A stretch of DNA of 64,000 bases. Source: Paraspadella gotoi (Eukaryota > Animalia > Chaetognatha). Within the stretch, counting starts at the first letter, position 1; every line of letters starts with the position of its first letter. The stretch covers positions 3,228,030 through 3,292,029 of the forward strand of contig CM119266.1 of NCBI GenBank assembly GCA_051294375.1, in the 5' to 3' direction. Below, one piece after another: positions 60,156-64,000 of this stretch. The notes beneath the pieces were generated by a model. It saw only the letters and a program-made list of their open reading frames with translations. It was not told where the DNA came from and did not search any database. The position numbers and the translations under genes were made by a program.

Positions 60156-60684
60156 ATATATAAATATTTATAAATGTTTTTTGTATTTCAACGGAAACTA
60201 CTTTCTGAACTGCTTTGCCACAAGGTCAGGCGAATTTCAAAACTTGCAAATCGAGGAAGAAAAAAAAATTCTGGATTTTGAATACAGGAAAAAAAATCTT
60301 TGAATTCTGAAATTTTAAATTAGTTTAAATTGTGCAATATACATATTCATAGATTTTTGTTGTCTGTTTTACAAAAAGAAAAAGTTTAATTACACTCGTC
60401 GCATAAACGTAAAACAAACAAACAAAATTTAAAGCTCAAGAAATCTGTCAAGGATTTTTTAAATTTTTGTTTGATTTCTTCGTAAGCGAACTGAGAAGGA
60501 CTTATAGACGAAGGGATGAAGCGATGAACAGACAAATGGACGGACGAACAAACGTAAGAACAGGCTGACGGTCGGACGGACGGACGAGACTTAAAAGTTT
60601 TACGAGGTCGTTTTCAAAACTGAAGACTGAAGGACATTTTCGCCTTGAGTGAATAACGCGCTAAGACGAGGAAACTGCGATAAA

Positions 60685-60720
<36 letters not shown>

Positions 60721-60721
60721 G

Positions 60722-60772
<51 letters not shown>

Positions 60773-61106
60773 GTTGGGGCCAAAGCTTTCAGCTCGATCG
60801 TCCTTTCACTTCACATTTACCTCCTTTATTTTCACCTCACATTTTCACCTCATATTTCTACCTCACACTTTCACCCCGTCCTATTTGCTACCAATTTCTG
60901 TGAACTTACCCCAAGCCTTAGTGCACAATCACATTGTGGATAACTTATGTATTATGTAATCTTAAAAACCAGTATTATATTACATATTTTTAGCCTTATG
61001 TTTTAAAGTTTTTCCCGTTTTTCCCGCCATTTTTTTCAACCTCGGCGTTTAGCCAATTTAGTCGCATCTTTCGTTTTAATTTTTTCCCAATTTCGAGCAA
61101 GGAAAC

Positions 61107-61553
61107 TCATGCAGCGCGATGAGTCAGGAGGGCAACAAGGAAGCCAAGTTGGATGAGTGCAGATGAGCGGATCGTAGGGACAATGAGGTAGGTGGCGCCG
61201 CTCGCATCGAAGAGACTCTCCGAGCACTTGGTGAAAGATAAAATCAATATAATTATATTCTTTAATTATAGATAAATTGTTCCATTTTTTGCCAATCTAT
61301 AGAAAATGATTTTGCAAAACAGAACCCCTGTCGCGCCGCATTATCCTCGACCCAGGAACAAGGAACTATCAGACACCAGAGTAACTGGTGAATATCAGCA
61401 TTGACAGCTAATTCCAATGCTGATAAGCTCGTGTTATTCCAGCGGACACCCTTGGGTTAACAATAAGGCACCGATATGAGTCGAAGAAATGACAGCATCC
61501 AAAGGCCCCAGGCTCCCGGTGGCAGGATTACAGGAGGGCGCCGGACCCCCCAC
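61107..61553 (-). CDS. Candidate last two exons of an unidentified membrane or GPI-anchored protein
   Basis: 61226-61107 reads CSESLFDASGATYLIVPTIRSSALIQLGFLVALLTHRAA* (small residues, then a hydrophobic tail). A GC-richer exon-like block at 61553-61326 (acceptor tatcag) needs one frameshift, and its phase is not certain. Confidence 0.35.
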
Positions 61554-61945
61554 CTGATAGTAAGGGCATTTATTGGATAACAATTTCTTTATGAAAATAA
61601 TAAAGATCAAGTGATTGGAGGTTAAAAACAAAATCCCTATATTAGACATAATTATAACATTATTTCATTAATATTATTTTTATTATTATTATTATTATTA
61701 TTACTACATTATTAAATATTAGAATGTAAAGCCGAACACAGCATAACTAAATTTTTTCTTTAAAGATATTTTTATATCCCTGGCTCAAACTGGAAAAAAG
61801 ATCAATAGCCGACAAAGACCGAAGACCACAAAAATAACAGAATATAACAGAACACTTTGGAGAATAAAACAGAACACAATGCAACTCAACACGATACAAA
61901 TCACAATAGGACGTTATCCATTCGGCCAAAATCTCTTCTCCTCTC

Positions 61946-62269
61946 GGCCCTATTTTCCAAAAGCGCCCCTATTGAGCTTAAATTCAGAATTAATATAGTT
62001 TTTAAGTTTTAAAAGTAAGTTTAAGGTTGGGATAAATATTATGTCAGGATTTAAATTGAGGATTAATTAATTAATTGATTAATTAAAAAATTAAGGATTA
62101 GGGTTTGAGATTAAGTTAATGTTAAGTTAGGGGTTAAATATTTGGTAAAAGATTAGTATCTGTGTATCTCAAGAGTCGAAACATGTCTTATTAATAATAT
62201 AATTCTCAGTATCAAATATTAATTTCACAGATTCGGAACAGAAATGAGGCGCTATTAGGAAACAGTGCC
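61946..62269 (+). mobile_element. MITE-like element with imperfect 24-bp TIRs and degenerate TTAGGG-like interior
   Basis: The left end ggccctattttccaaaagcgcccc resembles the reverse complement of the right end, ggcactgtttcctaatagcgcctc. Related copies lie at 63097-63380 (+) and 55879-56080 (-). Confidence 0.6.
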
Positions 62270-62356
62270 ATTCTTACTTTTTTTTTTTTCTTCTGCAACA
62301 CAAAACGAAATCCGATGGGAAAAACCGAGCGGAAATCCCGAGGGATGATTAGAAGC

Positions 62357-62470
62357 TAGTGATTAGAGGATGGTGATTAGAGGATGGTGATCAGAGGATG
62401 GTGATTAGAGGATGGTGATTAGAGGATGGTGATCAGAGGATGGTGATTAGAGGATGGTGATTAGAGGATG
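62357..62470. repeat. 14-bp minisatellite (gattagaggatggt)
   Basis: About 8 tandem units are directly visible. Confidence 0.9.
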
Positions 62471-62610
62471 ATAGGGTGACTTGGGTGACGAAAGTTTTTA
62501 AAAGCCAGTTATGAAACAGTATTTCTTATTCTCCTTGCCTTTAATGATTAAAATAAAATTTACTTTTGTCTCTTCTCTGCTTCTCTCTCTCTTTTTCTCT
62601 CTCTCTTTTT

Positions 62611-62644
<34 letters not shown>

Positions 62645-63096
62645 TTCTCCTCTCTCTCTCTCTCTCTCTCTCTCAGGCCCACTCTATCGATCCGTATTCC
62701 GGAGTGGCCGAGAAGAGAGAGAAAGAGACAAGTGTTGTGAGCAATCAGAATTGCCAATCTGCTTGCAACCAATCACTTCAAGCGCTGATTTGCGATGAGA
62801 GATCCAATGTTAAAAATGGACGGAGTAAAAAGGGAGGAAGGCGAGAAATGAAAAGGTAGAATAGAAGAAAGGAGAACGGAAAAGAAAAGGAAAGGATAAA
62901 AAAAGAAAAAAGGAAAAAAAGGAAGAGGAGAAAGAAAAGTTAAAAGGGAAGAAGAAAAAAGACAAGGGGAGAGAGAGAGAAAACGGGATCAAGAAAAAGT
63001 AGGAATTATTAAAGGTATGAGTTAAAGAGAAAAAAGTGAAAATAGAAAAAAGAACTTAAAAGAAGGAAAGAAAAGAGGAAGAGGACTAAAAATTAG

Positions 63097-63380
63097 GCCG
63101 TAAATGTCTGAAAAGTCCCATTTCAGCTTTAATTCCGAATTATGAAAGTTGCAAAATTACTTGTTTCAAGATTAAGATTTTAGTATAAGGATGAGGTTAG
63201 AGAAAATGATTTTGGAGCTGGTTAGGGATTAGATTCGAATTTTGGTTAGTATTAGTTTGTATTAGGAATTAGTTTGAGGGACTGATTAAAATATTTACGA
63301 AAAGATAACGGTTAGATCTTAAGGTTAAAATTATGTTCAGGGATAGGAACAGAAATGCGGCTCTTTCGAAAAATAGTGGC
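63097..63380 (+). mobile_element. MITE-like element, same family as 61946-62269
   Basis: Shared agctt.aattc.gaatta start region and ggaacagaaatg..aaatagtg end region, with a ttagg-rich interior. Confidence 0.55.
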
Positions 63381-63567
63381 AAAAGTGAATTAGAAAAGGA
63401 TAAAAGCAACGGGGAGGTGAGACATGGTAAGTTTGAATTCGGGGTTAAAGGGGAAAACGTGAAGAAAAAAAAAGAAGAATGAGTTGAAAGGAAAAAAGGG
63501 GAGGATAAACATCTAATGAGGGACATAACATCGCATTGAATACGAAAAGGAGAGAAAAGGAGGAAAA

Positions 63568-63650
<83 letters not shown>

Positions 63651-63924
63651 AAGAGGAGAGAGAGAGGAGAGTGAGAGAGAGAGAGAGAGAGAGACAGGGA
63701 GAAAAAGGGAGAGAGATTAAAACAATAAAAGAAAGAAAACAAGGAACGGTTATTCCAAGGTGTTGCGCCGCATTACTTTTCTTTTTACTTATCATGTCAT
63801 TTATTCCTCATAGTTTATAAGATTTCTTTAAAAACAAAAGGAGGCGCCAGTAGTCGCTTAGATTTGATTTTTAACAAATGAGCAACAAACTATAGGCTAG
63901 TTATAAGCATTTTTAACATAAGTG

Positions 63925-64000
63925 GAACAGACTGACGGACAGACATGCCGACGGACCGACCGACCGAAAAGTGACTTAAAGAGTTGCTCCGTGAATACTC
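63925..64000 (-). mobile_element. 5' end of a related GTCY-microsatellite element; further partial copies near 355-420 and 58050-58115
   Basis: The motif tctttaagtcacttttcggtcg.tcggtc is shared with 380-410 (+), and gagtcacttttagttggtcgg occurs near 58056. Confidence 0.55.

Noticed and set aside
62677-62798. CC-containing peptide (DKCCEQSELPIC) as an insulin-like A chain
   Set aside because: The cysteine spacing does not fit CC-x3-C-x8-C; it may be an exon but cannot be identified.

Overview
This is AT-rich, intron-containing animal (probably invertebrate) genomic DNA from an error-prone draft assembly, with many N gaps, homopolymer indels and (AG)n tracts. Nearly all long ORFs in the supplied track are microsatellite or satellite artefacts. 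Three spliced genes can be read by eye. (1) A 12-exon ionotropic glutamate receptor-family gene (17133-25569, +, about 475 aa) whose signal peptide splices directly onto the S1 ligand-binding lobe, so it has no amino-terminal domain; it also has non-glutamate-type S2 residues. (2) A secreted Kazal protease inhibitor (27049-26274, -) with a GC-AG first intron and a broken third Kazal domain. (3) An M17 leucyl aminopeptidase of the W07G4.4-like type (32144-29405, -). The rest is mostly repeats. Two 28-bp satellite arrays bracket a CpG-poor, intronless, frameshifted USP (peptidase C19)-like sequence. There is a 2-kb near-perfect palindrome. A 6.6-7 kb tandem duplication carries a decayed LINE reverse-transcriptase fragment, a hammerhead-ribozyme-like motif and a palindromic 20-bp satellite. 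Several dispersed HINE/MITE/SINE-like families are also present, along with a few unidentified candidate exons. All calls are from manual reading; no database searches were run.
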